Of a DNA stretch of 64,000 bases, positions 24,731-37,860 are shown one piece after another (the stretch's first letter is position 1; the number at the start of each line of letters is the position of its first letter). The translations under genes and the position numbers were made by a program. This stretch comes from Octopus bimaculoides (Eukaryota). The notes under the pieces were generated by a model that was given only the letters and a program-made list of their open reading frames with translations, did not search any database and was not told the DNA's origin. The stretch covers positions 139,499,705 to 139,563,704 of the forward strand of contig NC_068981.1 of NCBI RefSeq assembly GCF_001194135.2. The letters are read 5' to 3'.

Positions 24731-26039
24731 TTCTGGTATAGCTGTGGTGTCGATGTATCATTGCTTAGCGACACTTCCACCGTTTGTTTATATCCGCCAG
24801 ATATTTTGGTTGGCGTATTTTTGATTCATTTCTTTTATTTTCGTGTATTTCTATTAGTGTTTACAATTTGATATCCACTTCGTCACATTCACCATACATG
24901 TCTGTGTTGTGAGTTGGAGGAGAAGCATGTCTTATGGAGTCTTGTTGTATCGTTCTGTTGTTGATATAATTGTTGCCACTGTTGTTTTAGCTCTCCGTGG
25001 TGGTGGTCGTGGTGTGTTTTATTTCTCTTTTTGCTGTTGCTCCCACTGTTGTTGTTTTTCTTGTTGTTGCTGCTAGAGTCACTGCATTTTTCGCGGAGCT
25101 CATTTTGCACTTGCTGTCACTGATGCTGTTGTGGCCGCATTCCACTGTTGGTGTTACTGCTGTTTCTTCTGTTGATGTTGTTGCTGTTGTGTTAAAGGTT
25201 TCGGAAGAAGTGGTGGTTTTCTTTCTCTCCTTTATTGCTGTGGATGACACCATAACGTAACATTGGAACCGCGTACCCTAAACGGATTCGTAGATTTTTA
25301 TGTCGTCTAGCAGATTGATCAGGTCCGGGATAGATTCCATTATTCATTGAGCTGTTGGGATTAATAATTCCATACCTCGTCCTTAACAATTTAACATAAA
25401 AGTTTATGCAGCCTCTGGACCTACAGAATATTCAGAATATTAGTTTGGTTCTCAATATCAAAAAGGACAATTGCCACCAATTCGACTGTTCATTTTAACT
25501 ATTCTACAACCAAAGTAAATTATTATGAGGACCATATTGTCAATCCTTTGGGCTATTGTGGTGTACTTCTTGACTTCATTTTATCTAGGTAATTTTACTA
25601 CTGTTCTGGTTTTTTTCTAGGGACATATGTTTTAGTACGCCAGATTTGTCTGAGACACTTTTCAATTTGCAGCTGTGTCACGTGCTCTATCTTCTTACTT
25701 TTCGTCGCTAATATTTTGCATACTACAGTTCTGAATTTGGTTTCTGAATGAATAGATCTTGGGATGTTGACCATAACATTTTGTCCATACCTCGTAAAAT
25801 TTATTTTTTTGTGTTTAGTTTAATTCTTCAAACGTTAAAATAACGTCTTCTATTTCGTGGACCACGTCGGTGAAACTGCAAACGCTAGATTTGTAAGTTG
25901 TCGTGTATGAATTTTTGTTGTGTTGACATTACTGGTACTGATGGCAGCTGAGGTGAAAGGGCTCGGTCATATCTTTAAAGAACAATTTGGGTTTTTGTTT
26001 TTTCTTCGTGCTATACTGTCATTGTTGCTACAGGTGAAG

Positions 26040-26350
26040 TACTTTCGCCCGGCAGGTGCCCTGTGGGTGAGCAGCACAGTCCCGGTCGTCATTATACGGC
26101 TGCAAGAACCAAATGGACTAAGAGGATGAATACATGAGAACAGAGCAAGCCTAAAAAAACTGCACTGCCGGGGACAGCTACGATTTTGAGGTTGGTACTT
26201 GGATGTTGAATGTCTGTTACGACAATTAACAACCAAGTATCAAAGCTCATAATGTCTGGAAAGAGACCTTGTGAGACCTCTGACAGCATGATGCTGTCCA
26301 CTCTCACAGAATCTACCAGAGCAAACAAGACCGAGCGCTCTGAGAAATAA
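26040..26350 (+). mobile_element. RLE-type LINE extreme 3' end and UTR ending in (AAT)n
   Basis: ALWVSSTVPVVI and KTALPGTATILRLVLGC* match the C-terminal block seen at 22.9 kb. Confidence 0.7.
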
Positions 26351-26374
26351 AGCAATAATAAGAATAATAATAAT

Positions 26375-27341
26375 CCTTTCTATAAAAGGCACAAGGCCTG
26401 AAATTTGTGGGAAGGGGACTAGTCGATTATATCGACCCCAGTATTTCATTGGTACTTAATTTATCGACCGCGAAAGGATAAAAGGCTTAGTCGACCTTGG
26501 CGGAATTTGAACTAAGTGGGTAAGGACGGACGAAATGCCGTTAAGCATTTTGCCCGGCATGCTGACGATTCTGCCAGCTCACTGCCTTAATAATAATAAT
26601 AATAATGATGATAATAATAGTCATGATAATAATAATGATAATAATAATAATCCTTTCTACTGCAAGCACAAGGCCTCAAATTTTGGGGAAGAGATTTAGT
26701 CGATTACATCGACCCCAGTGTGTAGCCGCTACTTATTTAATCGATCCCCAAATGATGAAAGGTAAAGTCAACCTCAGCGGAATTTGAACTCAGAACGTAG
26801 CAGCAGAAGAAATACCGCTAAGCCCGATGTACTAACGATTCTGCCAGCTCGCCAACTTAATAATAATAATAACAACGCTAATTTCTACTATAGGCACAAG
26901 GCCAGACATCTTTGTGGGGAGGCATAGTCGATTACACCGACCCCAGTGTTTCACTGGCACTTACCCCGAAAGATAAACTTGACTTCGGCAGAATTTGAAC
27001 TCAGAACGTAGCGACAAGCGAAATACCGCTAAACATTTCGTCCAGCGTGCTAACGATTCTACCTTCTCGCCGCCTTGATGATGATAATGATGCTAATAAT
27101 AATAATAATAATGATAATAACAATAATCCTTTCTACTATAGGCACAAGGCCTGAAATTTTTGGGGAGGTAGCCAGTCGATTAGAACGACACCAGAACGCA
27201 AATGGTGCTTAGTTTATCGGCCCCGAAAGGATGAAAAGCAAAGTCGACCTCGGCGGAATTTGAACTCAGAACATATTGACGAGCGAATTACTGCTAAGCA
27301 TTTCGTCCAGTGCGCTAACGATCCTCCCAGCTCGCTGCCTT
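26375..27341 (-). mobile_element. Tandem array of four SINE family B copies (26375-26587, 26652-26858, 26882-27076, 27128-27341)
   Basis: Four ~200-bp homologous units in the same orientation, separated by (AAT)n tracts. Confidence 0.92.
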
Positions 27342-27384
27342 ACTACTACTACTACTACTACTACCAACAACAACAACAACAACA

Positions 27385-27424
<40 letters not shown>
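27341..27424. repeat. Compound trinucleotide microsatellite (TAC)n(CAA)n(CAG)n
   Basis: Direct sequence. Confidence 0.95.
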
Positions 27425-28886
27425 TTGTAATCGTAATAAAATAAGTAAATAGGTGCGGAATATATATATATATATATATACATACACAAGCATGGAATAT
27501 ATTTTTCCGGACGGTGTAAACGCATACCAAAAATAAGTTATTTCGCAATTATACCGTGATCATATTCTAAGGTATGCGAAGGTAAATATACTGGATTATG
27601 TTGTCAAGTACTATCGGTTAAAGAAGTGCCTTTTGATCGAATTATTAATCATATCAGACGTAATGTGTTTCGAAAGAAAATGGAGAACGTTTCTAAATGT
27701 ATAGATATCTGGAAAGGGAGATAAATGCGATGTGGATATTAAAAATAGAAATAATCCCTATCACAATAAGTATTCGGCAAATGATTTAAATAAACGCGAA
27801 CAAAATACATAAACAATTTATACATGCAGAAAAGATAGAGAAAATTATCCTTATAGGGACTGCATATTATTTTACACGAGAATTCACAATATTCCCATAC
27901 CAAGTATAGGAACAATGTTTGTAATTTGGGGGAGAAGATAGACAATTAAATTCGATTCCAGTATTTAGCTGGTGGTTTTAACATATTGACGCCGAAAGGA
28001 TGAAAAGTAATGTTACTCTCGGTCGAATTTGAATTCAAAATACAAAGTCCTGGGACAAAATTTCGTGAAGCATTTTCTCAGCAGTCTAACCCTGACAGAA
28101 TGATACTAACACTGAGCTCACTAAAGTTACGCAGAAATACATTTAAATTTGCTGTGAAAAAACCCGCATTATTCAAATAAACTTTTTTAAAAACTAAATA
28201 TATGCTTTTATACGGTCAATACTTCCTCAGAGATGATGGCTTATATATACATACAATCAACTATTTGTAAGTTGTATCAACAAATCGTGCCTAAGAGATG
28301 TATGAGAAGCTACAAAAAATTCATGATACAAGAGCAGGATATATGGAAAAACAAATACCTACAATTTCAACAAAAGAGAAGACAAGTGTATCTTGTCTGA
28401 TCTGAGAAAGAAAAAAACAATCACACTCTTCTACTACAAATAATAGCTGTTTCAAATTTTGGCACAAGGCCAGAAAGTTTAGAGGCTGGGGGTTAGCCGA
28501 TTACATTGACCCGGAAAGGATGAAAGACAAAGCTGACACGTGCGGGAATCTGACTTGAATTGTTGATGACATGTGTTAAAGTCTTGACTAGCAACTTTGC
28601 AAAAATCTTTTACTCTGGATTGAGGAAAATTTTGGGACTAAAGTTGTTCATTTTGTCTCCTTTGTTCGGGTTCCTCCTCAGCTATACTGCTCGGTTCATA
28701 CAGCAATCTGCTGACAGCCGCAATAAACACTTCCTAAAGAAGTAGTGTGGTATACAACAAAGAAGTACATTAACTTCAGCACTTTTCCTATTACACATTT
28801 CCACATCATGTCCGTAACTTCATCTCCTGAAATCAAATTTTCTCAATACTTTCTGTCTTCGATATAAGTCGCAGAAAACCGTTTAA

Positions 28887-29498
28887 CCCATTAATGCCCA
28901 GCGCATGATTTATCATTCGCTTTTTTGTTTCAGACGAAAATATTCATATAAAATAATTTCATAAATTTAGGCATCAAAAACCTTTCTAAAAATAAAAAAA
29001 TAATAATTCATCTACCAATATTTGGCATCAAAGCCATACTTTGATTATTTATACAGTGTGGTAGACTCATTTCTTTCAGTGTCAAATTTTGAAGTGAGGA
29101 AGAAGTGCTACCGGTGGTAAGTTTTTTTTATTTGTATGCTTTAAATGTTTTGTAATATTTTATTTTGCTTTTGTATTTTTTATTAAGCATACATTACTTT
29201 TGCAAACCAAACACGTCTTAATAATCTAAGTAAATAAATTTTCGATTTAATAACGTTTGTATATGTGCGTATGATAAAACCTGCGCTGGGAATTTGAGTG
29301 TACATTTCATTCAAAATGAAGTTTTTCAGGTTTGGACATAAAATCGTTAATTCTGTTAACAATAAGCCAAAAAACTTTAAAACAATTGTAAATTAAAATG
29401 TTTTGCTCTTGAATCTTAAATTTTCTATATCTATAATTTGTTTCTTCATAAAAAGTAGCCTATTTACTAGCAAATTAATATTTGCCTAAGTGCAAGTG

Positions 29499-29540
<42 letters not shown>

Positions 29541-29810
29541 TCATATTGCTAGATCGATAAATATGTCTAAGAGAAAACTTGATTGTGAAAGTGACACTCT
29601 AGAAATCCTAAATGTAATCGAATCTGGTGATGATACTGAACATTTTCTTGAGGAAATTGATAATGCTGATGAGCTTCATCTGGTACTTCATTCACCAAAT
29701 GATAGCGGTGATTGCGAAGAATCTTCAGCAAATTTGCGAGATGTTGGTAGAAAGATTCTTGCAGAGAAATGCGAAATTATAGCCTATAGTAAAGCTGTGG
29801 AACTTTCGAA
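28887..29810 (+). mobile_element. piggyBac 5' fragment
   Basis: TTAA (28883-28886) is followed by the terminus cccattaatgcccagcgc, with an inverted subterminal copy at about 29272-29291. An ORF with a PGBD-like acidic N-terminus follows. No 3' TIR was found. Confidence 0.7.
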
Positions 29811-29844
29811 TTGTCTAATCTTAGAATCTGTACATCATATATGA
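29563..29844 (+). pseudogene. Truncated piggyBac (PGBD-like) transposase N-terminus, 93 aa
   Basis: LEEIDNADELHLVLHSPNDSGDCEESSANLRDVGRKILAEKCEI resembles the 'PP..DEDS.DE..NL..+L.A.AE' region of PGBD transposases. It has no DDD domain. Confidence 0.6.
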
Positions 29845-30703
29845 AAACACAGCCTCCTTCGCATCTGTAATAAACCGAGTGCCTAAGGGCTAATCTCTCA
29901 ACGAGAATGTCGTTACTGTTACCTTTCTACAATTGTTTTCTACATCAAACTCTTTAGCGTACCTAAATAAACCTAACTTTATTTTCGCCTCGGTGTTAGA
30001 TACCATTTTAATTTTTTATCACGGTAACTGTTCGTTTCTTTTTAAATGAATAATACTTTGGTGATCAATTCTTAAGAAGTCTTACTTACTTGGAACAATG
30101 CATTCAGCTTCTCGTAATAGGCAAGTCTGTTTTGGTCTCTTGTCTAAAACACCATATAACTCAATATGAAACAATAGACAACATACCTTATTTAGATCCG
30201 TTAAAGTGTGAACATTCTAAGATGTAGTAGATACGCCTGTGTTAAACCATGCCATATTGGTTTATCTGATCAGTACTGTCGATAACTAAGAAGCGTTTGC
30301 AGTCTCTTAACTGGCTTTTATGCCGTCTATATATAACTCCACACAGTCACCAAACAAGTTCAATTTACAAAGGTTTAAATATCGCAAGGCATACAGTTTA
30401 ACTTTGTTACAGTTCCGTCAATCCACTGCGATGGATTGACACTAATTTTGTCGAGTCGAAAGAAGGGACAGCAAAGTTGGCCTAGGCAGGATTCGAACGC
30501 AGAATGCAGTAAGTTGGAAAAGTATCGCAAGACATTCTTTTCGACGGTATAAAAATTTCGTCAATTTTGCCAACTCACAAAAAAAAAAAATGCTGCAAAT
30601 CCTGTTTAAGTATAATAGAACAAAAGAAATTTATAGGTTATGACAGCAGCAATATTCTCTCACGACCTTATATAATATTTTATGCAGCTACCATATTTTT
30701 ATA

Positions 30704-31482
30704 GGATCTTTCTGATTTGGCGAGCACCATTTTTTATTTATATTTTATTTAGTGTGTTTTCTACTTGTGTTTCTATACTTATATATTTTGTCTTATAGAA
30801 CAGATAACAATTTTTGTATTCGAAGTTATTTCATGTAAAAAAAATGTCGTATTTCGGTAATTTCAACTATTCACTGACGTCTATTGAGGTGAAAACATTT
30901 ACCGCTGTGGAATGTAAACTACAAGTTCTAGCGGTGTAATGAGATCTTTTCCCTTGACTAAAATTAGTGCCGTTGTTTGTCAACAACTATCGGCGGTACT
31001 CTTATTTATGACATCGTTCGTGGGTTAGGGTTATGAGTATTTTTGCCACATTTGGTGAAAATCTGTTTAATACACCGACACAAACTTTTTAACCAAATTT
31101 GGCAAAAAAACTCCTAACCCTAACCCTAGCTCTAAAACCCGAACCATAACCCTAAAGCTAAAACCAGTACAAACACACGAACGATGTCATAAATAACAGT
31201 ACTACCGATAGTTGTTGTTGACAAACAACAGCACTAATTTTATTCAATGGAAAAGATTCCATTACACCGCTAGAACATGTTTACATTCCACAGCAGTAAT
31301 TGTTTTCACCTCAATAGACGTCAGTGATTGGTTGAAATTACTGAAATACGACAATTTTAACACGAAATAACTTTCAATAACACTAAGAGTAAAAGATGTT
31401 TTATATGACATTCTACTAGTGTCCCAAGTTTGAAAGTGTTTCGTTAAGAAAACAAGTGGCGCCTGCCAAATCAGAAAGATCC
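30704..31482. mobile_element. Nearly fully palindromic MITE (~780 bp) with TTAGGG arrays near its centre
   Basis: ggatctttctgatttggc / gccaaatcagaaagatcc termini. Arms match through actgacgtctattgaggtgaaaac and tgtttgtcaacaactatcgg. Telomere-like repeats lie at about 31020-31035 and 31113-31155. Confidence 0.85.
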
Positions 31483-33779
31483 AAAGATTGTTATCAAAGT
31501 CATCCAGAGAGCAACTTTGAAGTAATTTGATCTGTTAGAAAGAATAGTCAAATCTACTTCAAAGCATACCCCGATCTCTTAACAACAATGCGTTGGATAA
31601 CGTAACTCTAAACGAATTGTCTCAATAAAAGACGCACTAGAGACGGTTGGAGTATCGTTAATCAGATGTCGGCTCGATCAAGACTGATGTGGGGTAAACA
31701 ATACCAACATCCAGAATGATACGTGTACGCTTAAGCAATTCGTCCGTGAATTGAATATTCTACACATAAATAATACAGCATCGGCCTTGAAAAATAGTGT
31801 GAGTGGTACAGCAGAAACAGCTATGGCTATAGCAAGATATAACAAGATTACCAGACACAACGAAAGGAATATTTGTAATTTCCATAATATAAATGATAAA
31901 TATCTCTACTGTGGTATACTTTACATTTTCTGAAACAATACATCCTGTTGTATGAGATTGACCGACTTGAGCTACTTTCAAATATACGTCAAAATGTAAC
32001 AATAACATCGTAGTGAAGTTTCTCTAAATACATCTATTCACACAATAAACTCCTTAATGTAAAAGCTCTGTAGTATTCATATGAATCTCCACGCTTCTTA
32101 GAAATTAACAACGCAGAGATACTATAGAACTTTAGTACAGCATAATGATGTACCCCCCCCCCCCCACACACAGATAACACAATGACATAAACGACAATAG
32201 TGTCTGGGTAATTGAAATACCAATACTGAATGACTATCACGTTGGTTCAAAAGTAAGATGTAAAACCGAGGAATTAAACTGACTTAGAAATTGAATAAAA
32301 TTCATTATGTTGGAGTTGTACTTGTTCTGAGATCTTTATTGAAAAGGAATCTATTACATCGGAGAAAAATTAATTTTTAACCATTTAAGAACGTATAGAA
32401 TCTGCTGTGGGTTCTTTTCGTTTAGTTATGTTAATAAATAAACAAAAATATAACTTAAGCGGTTGTGTATGCTCGTAACTCACTGAAACAGACTTTTATG
32501 ATGCAAAATAAATGTAAGTAATCTAACTATCATTTTTTTTGTAATTGGTAAATCGCTCTTCAACACGAAATAAGTCTGAAACCCAAAGACTTATACACAT
32601 TCAGTTTAAAAAAGCAATTATGGATGGCTTTTATCTCCTCAGTAAGCATGAAATGCAATCGCGTGACTCTCTAAAAGGTCTACATGATTGAGGACACTCA
32701 ATCTTGAGGCCTGGTTCGAATGTTTACAATAAAGTGGACTCCTCTAAAGACACCCAGCACGCCGGGTGGAAAATACGTGTATCATCTAGAGACCATGGTG
32801 GAAAGAGCAGAAACAAATACTGCAAAGCACACGGTCTAAATTCTTAAAAGTTTCATTATTACACTTTTTATTTACTCCAAAAAACATGAAAGGCAAAGTT
32901 TGGCAGGATTCGAACTCAGAAACCGGTGAGTTGGAACAAACATCAGAGGCATTCTATTTGACGCTATAACAGTTCCATCAATCCTGCACTTCTGCTACCC
33001 AACACCTTTCCTACTCACAAGAAAAACTGCTGTACTATAAAGCCATCAACATGTTACATGTATATACTCATAAGTACCTTCCAGAAAATAACAACACTGA
33101 ATTTTGAGGTGATGTTAAAACAATTTAACTTGAGTCTTTGTATATTTGTCTGCCAATATAAGAGCAGAAACTTTCATTTTAGCTATTTCAACTTTTATTT
33201 CAAACTATGAATACCTCGGCTGTTACTTGCAATCAAGTGTAACTGGGCGAGGACACGCATCGTGTTCTCACCCAGTCGTGAGTAGAAATTGTCTCGACCC
33301 TCATACTAGCAACCCAGTGGAATTTCAAACACGCAGGAGCGGAAGAGAACGAGAGTTGTTCCTAAACAATTTGAATCGTATTTTATTTCATCAATCCCGT
33401 TCAGAATTCAAATCGATGGGATTTTGAGTAATGAACGTAGAGCCCAAATAAGTACATAAAGGTATTTCGTTCGACGCTTTGACGCTTTTTGTAATTTACT
33501 GCCTAACCATGAATAATAATAATAACCTTAATAACAACAATACTATTAATAATAATATTATCAAAATCAAGCGGCGAAAGGAATAATGATACTGATCCCG
33601 CAGAAGTTGCATTAACTAAAAGTAAGTTGCTACAAACTTTAATTACCAATAGCTTTTGGGGGACAAAGTTGGTTCAGATTGCATTAACTCTATGAAAGAA
33701 CAGATAATATTTGATCAGACAGGCACCTGAAAAAATATGTGACTGACTCACTCCTCGGAATTGTAAAACATGATATCTA

Positions 33780-34830
33780 TTGCATCATGAAAAGACCAAC
33801 GCAATTCAAGAAAGAGATTGATATACCACTCTACTAACCAACATAAAAAACAAGGTGACTGCCATGTACGTCAAACAATTGATAAAGAAGGCAAAGTACC
33901 ATGAGTAGTTTCAACTGAAGATACTCTGGGAAGATAAGATTATATAAATGAATGCAGTGGACCAATTGAAGGCATTCATCCTAATAGCTATAGAGAACCA
34001 GGTTGAGCACACAGGACCTGACAATCGCTGCAGTAGAATGGAATATCGTCATCAATTTCTATCAGAAACTTATTACCAAAGATGAAACAGATCAACAATG
34101 TAAAATCTGTGGAAAATATATAGAAACTATAGGCTACAGTGTTTCTAGGTATAAGGATCTGGCGAATACACAATACATTCACAGGAATAAAAAGCAGCGG
34201 TGCCTACACAGGAAATATGCACCTGAGAAGTGGAGCGAACCTCAGTACCTGATCACAACGGTATCCTCATCCTTTGGAACATACCTCACCACGTACTGAT
34301 TGAGATAAAAGCTATTAAACCTGATAATATTATCAATAGCTGAAAGGATCAGAGAAGCTTACTTATCAACATCACAATAGCTTCTCTTCTAGCTGTTTGA
34401 TATTCTCTTCTGCCTCCGTTCTTCCAATATTTCCAAGTCTGTTTCTTAGATTTATGTAGCTCTAATCACACAACTACTCCTCCTACAAGTTACCTTGCAT
34501 GAAGCTCGGTCTTGTACTGTGAAAACGAAACGACCCATAAAAGAACATCCATGAAAGTCACAAAGAAACTAACCAAGTACAAAGTCCTGACGATCGAAAT
34601 CAATCGGATATGTAGAATAAAAATAATAAAATTGATAATTGGAGCTCTATGAATCGTGAAAGAGAGAACGAAAAAGTTCACCAATACAGTCTCCTAAAAC
34701 ATCGATATCTACGCTGTCTAGAAGATCGCCCAACTGGGAAACTGCCTTAATGCTATTACGTTGATAATTAAGAAGCGTGTTCCTCGTAACGCTTTAGGCT
34801 TATGGTATGGACCCTAAGAAGGACAAAAAA
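33780..34830 (+). mobile_element. RLE-type non-LTR retrotransposon 3' fragment, degraded
   Basis: FYQKLITKDETDQQCKICGKYIETI..LANTQYIHR (zinc knuckle region), ILWNIP..EIKAIKPD..LLINITI, and LTKYKVLTIEINRI..KLIIGAL. Confidence 0.75.
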
Positions 34831-35963
34831 GATAAGAACAACAATAATTATAACAGACATAAAACTAAACATGCTAGTGGATTATAGTTGGTTAAATTGA
34901 CCTGTCGGGGGTTTAATTTTCTAACAGTTATGTCTGCCGTTTTTAAGATTCTACTTTTCATAGAATGTAACAGGAAAATTGATGATCGTATAATAATGAT
35001 ATTCAGACTCTATAGTCAATGCCACATATACAGTGTCAAGGCTATAATCGATGAACATGATCCCATATAATACTTAAATGAAAATTATTTTACTGAGTCC
35101 GGAACGATGACGGACGAAGTTTAAATCCGCATGATTTGAACTTAAATCGCAGAGACTTAGACAGATCACCATAATAGGTATTTGTCCGCCGACTCTTCTT
35201 GTAGCTCAGCTCGCTATATGTTTATAGAAGACATTCAATGTGAAGATATAAGATGCATTCAAGCTAGTTCTTATTAATTTAATCTATAGTTCTTTAACAT
35301 GGAAATTTATCTTTAACTATGTTATCTTATATCTCGATGTTCAGATATTATATCAGTTGGAAAATTGTAGTAAAAGAACAAAAACAGATAAATTTTCTTT
35401 TATATCTAATATGATGTTTGCGCATCATTTTGATTATTTTCCTTATTTCATATCCTACAATAATAAAATAAAATGTAAAAAATACATATATAAAATATGC
35501 AAAAATTTCTTCTGCAAAAGTGATTGTATCAGATACAGCATATACAATTGCGTATAATATGTATATTTATAACACTGGAGAAATCGATAAATAAAGTTAA
35601 GCTAAATCTTTTTTTTTTGTTTTCAAAACCCAAATATCTATGGGGCAGGTATTTATCTCTGGATTTCGTTGCAGCGGACAAATAGATCTCTTCATGGATA
35701 AAGACGTTGCTTTGTCGCAGGCAACTTTCCTGCCGGATAAATTGAACTCAGCTTTGCAAAGACAACGTGTCACTCATCAATTCAACATTGTGTACAGCAT
35801 AACAATAGTACTACTATTAAGGAGTTCGTTTCACGGTGAATTCTTTCTGAGTTTGATAACGTGGCAAGGTGGTACGCAAGGCAAGTATCCTTTTGTTTAA
35901 CCTGGTGTTGACTAATACTGTGTAAGTGTTATTTCATTTAGCAAAACAGAAAGCGTAAAGCTA

Positions 35964-36002
<39 letters not shown>

Positions 36003-37559
36003 AAAAAAAGCACACATCACACGCACAAGAGTATATATCACACACACACATGAATTTTTTTATGAAGAATGGAGCACTCAATATATGCTGTTATGGATAT
36101 AGTTTACTTAAACCGAAATCTTTTCTCATGAAGCAAGTTTCACGCCACAGAGGTCATCGGGGCAACTTTGATTAAGCAAACTTATCAAAGTTATTTTAGG
36201 TATGACCAACTCATTTTCGGGTCTTAAATAGGATTGCAATAATATGTCCCGTCTTATAGAAGACGCCAGAGTTCCTGCTCTTTTCATTGCGACGGCTACG
36301 CTTCAGGCTTTACTAACAGCAAGCTGTATTGACGTGTGTCTTTCTCTAGGGCAAATCGATGGTATGAAAAGGAGAGACAGACTTGCATGTATTGGAAACT
36401 ATTATCTTCCATAAAAAATACTCAGGCCCATTAGAGAGAAACTACCCAAGTGTAGATCCATGAATACAGAGGTACCTGAGTAGTTCAACAAATAAAATAG
36501 AAATCGATAAAATAACCGGTGAAGATGGTTGATCTCTAATAACCGAAATCTGTAAGTATAAAAGAACGCCATCGTATGGTATATACTTTGAACCAAATGA
36601 AATTGACTGTTTGGCATTAAGCTGCTTCGTTACGCACTCATTTTTGAGACGATGATACGATAGGAAGCTCAAAACCTTTTGCCATGTGTGATATCCATTT
36701 GACTCGGTAATTTATACCATCTAAAAGATGTTGTAATATATATGTGAGTTTAGATAACTTAATCCTGTCGTATTTCTACATAACAGAAAATACTTTGTTT
36801 AGTTGCTATATTACAGTCGTTGTTCTTGCTTATTTCCAGATCACTTGGTGTATTTAGGACTGCATTGTCCAATGTATCACTCCTTTTGTTACTACACCGG
36901 GGTATGCTGTAATGCTACTTCCAGCAGATCGTTTTACCGCGAACAACATACCTCGTTGCTTTTCTACTATATTCGATGAATCATATGATGAAGGACGTTC
37001 TGACGTTTAAACATATTTTAAACGTAGGTAGTGAACCTGTGATAAAGTTGGGTGTACTTTTGAAACTCGAACAAACCTTACTTGGAGTTTTCCTACTAAT
37101 CAGAGTTATTCTCTGCATATAACCTGTAATATTATGAATAAGAACTTTTGATTAATAAATGTAATGTTCAGTGTTTTTAATATTTTTTCTTTTCTATTTA
37201 GCGATAATGTTATCAAAAAGCTTGTAATATGTATTGAGTTATGTGTCATAAATGTTGAATTTTATAGAATTATATCATATACGCTATGATATTTTTTTAT
37301 GATTGCTGCCATTTTTATGTATACATTTTGAAGCAATTCTTATATAAACTTGTATTGTTATCTGTTATATTCTGGCAAGCACTAATTTATTTGTTAACAT
37401 CGTATTATATTTGATTTGAAATTCAAAACATGTCGGTGTCACACGTTACGAAATTACGGATCAGTTAAGTTAGATTACAAGTTCTCAAAAATAGTTTACT
37501 CTGGAGTGAATGAAAGAGTAATTGCATTTCTTCTAACATAAATCTTATATATCTCAAAC

Positions 37560-37860
37560 ACGAGACAACGAGTGGAACTTCTATGTAGTCAATCCATCTA
37601 CTAGGAATATCAACCAGATCTCCTTGAAATATTTTCTTTAACGTCTTAAAAACGAAATAAGTTTAAAATAATGAAAGCCAAGCAGCAGCGTTACTCGACT
37701 TACTATAAATAGTAGCAAAATCTCTCTCAAAATCACACACTTAGATAAAGGAGGCTGCATTGTCTAATGTATCCTAGATCCACTGTCAGAAATAAGACGT
37801 ACGATAGCAATTGAAATGTTTTTGTAATGTTCGATTAAAACTGACTCAGAGCTAAACATC
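37560..37860 (+). mobile_element. Interspersed repeat family E, diverged
   Basis: aaatagtagcaaaatctctctcaaaatcacacac...cattgtctaatgtatcctagat...gagctaaac recurs in several places in the window. Confidence 0.5.

Noticed and set aside
24889-25260. Thr/Asn/Gln-rich overlapping ORFs (mucin-like)
   Set aside because: Degenerate (GTT/GCT/GGT)n opens several frames at once, which is typical of low-complexity DNA.
25192-25860. LINE RT subdomain 0 (PGPD motif) on the minus strand
   Set aside because: Only a 4-residue match with many stops; not supportable.
26375-27341. CRISPR-like repeat-spacer array
   Set aside because: The units are ~200-bp diverged SINEs with microsatellite spacers in a eukaryotic context, and there are no cas genes.
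36350-36470. Plus-strand exon after the acceptor tgtctttctctag
   Set aside because: All three frames stop before the nearest plausible donor, and there is no recognisable product.
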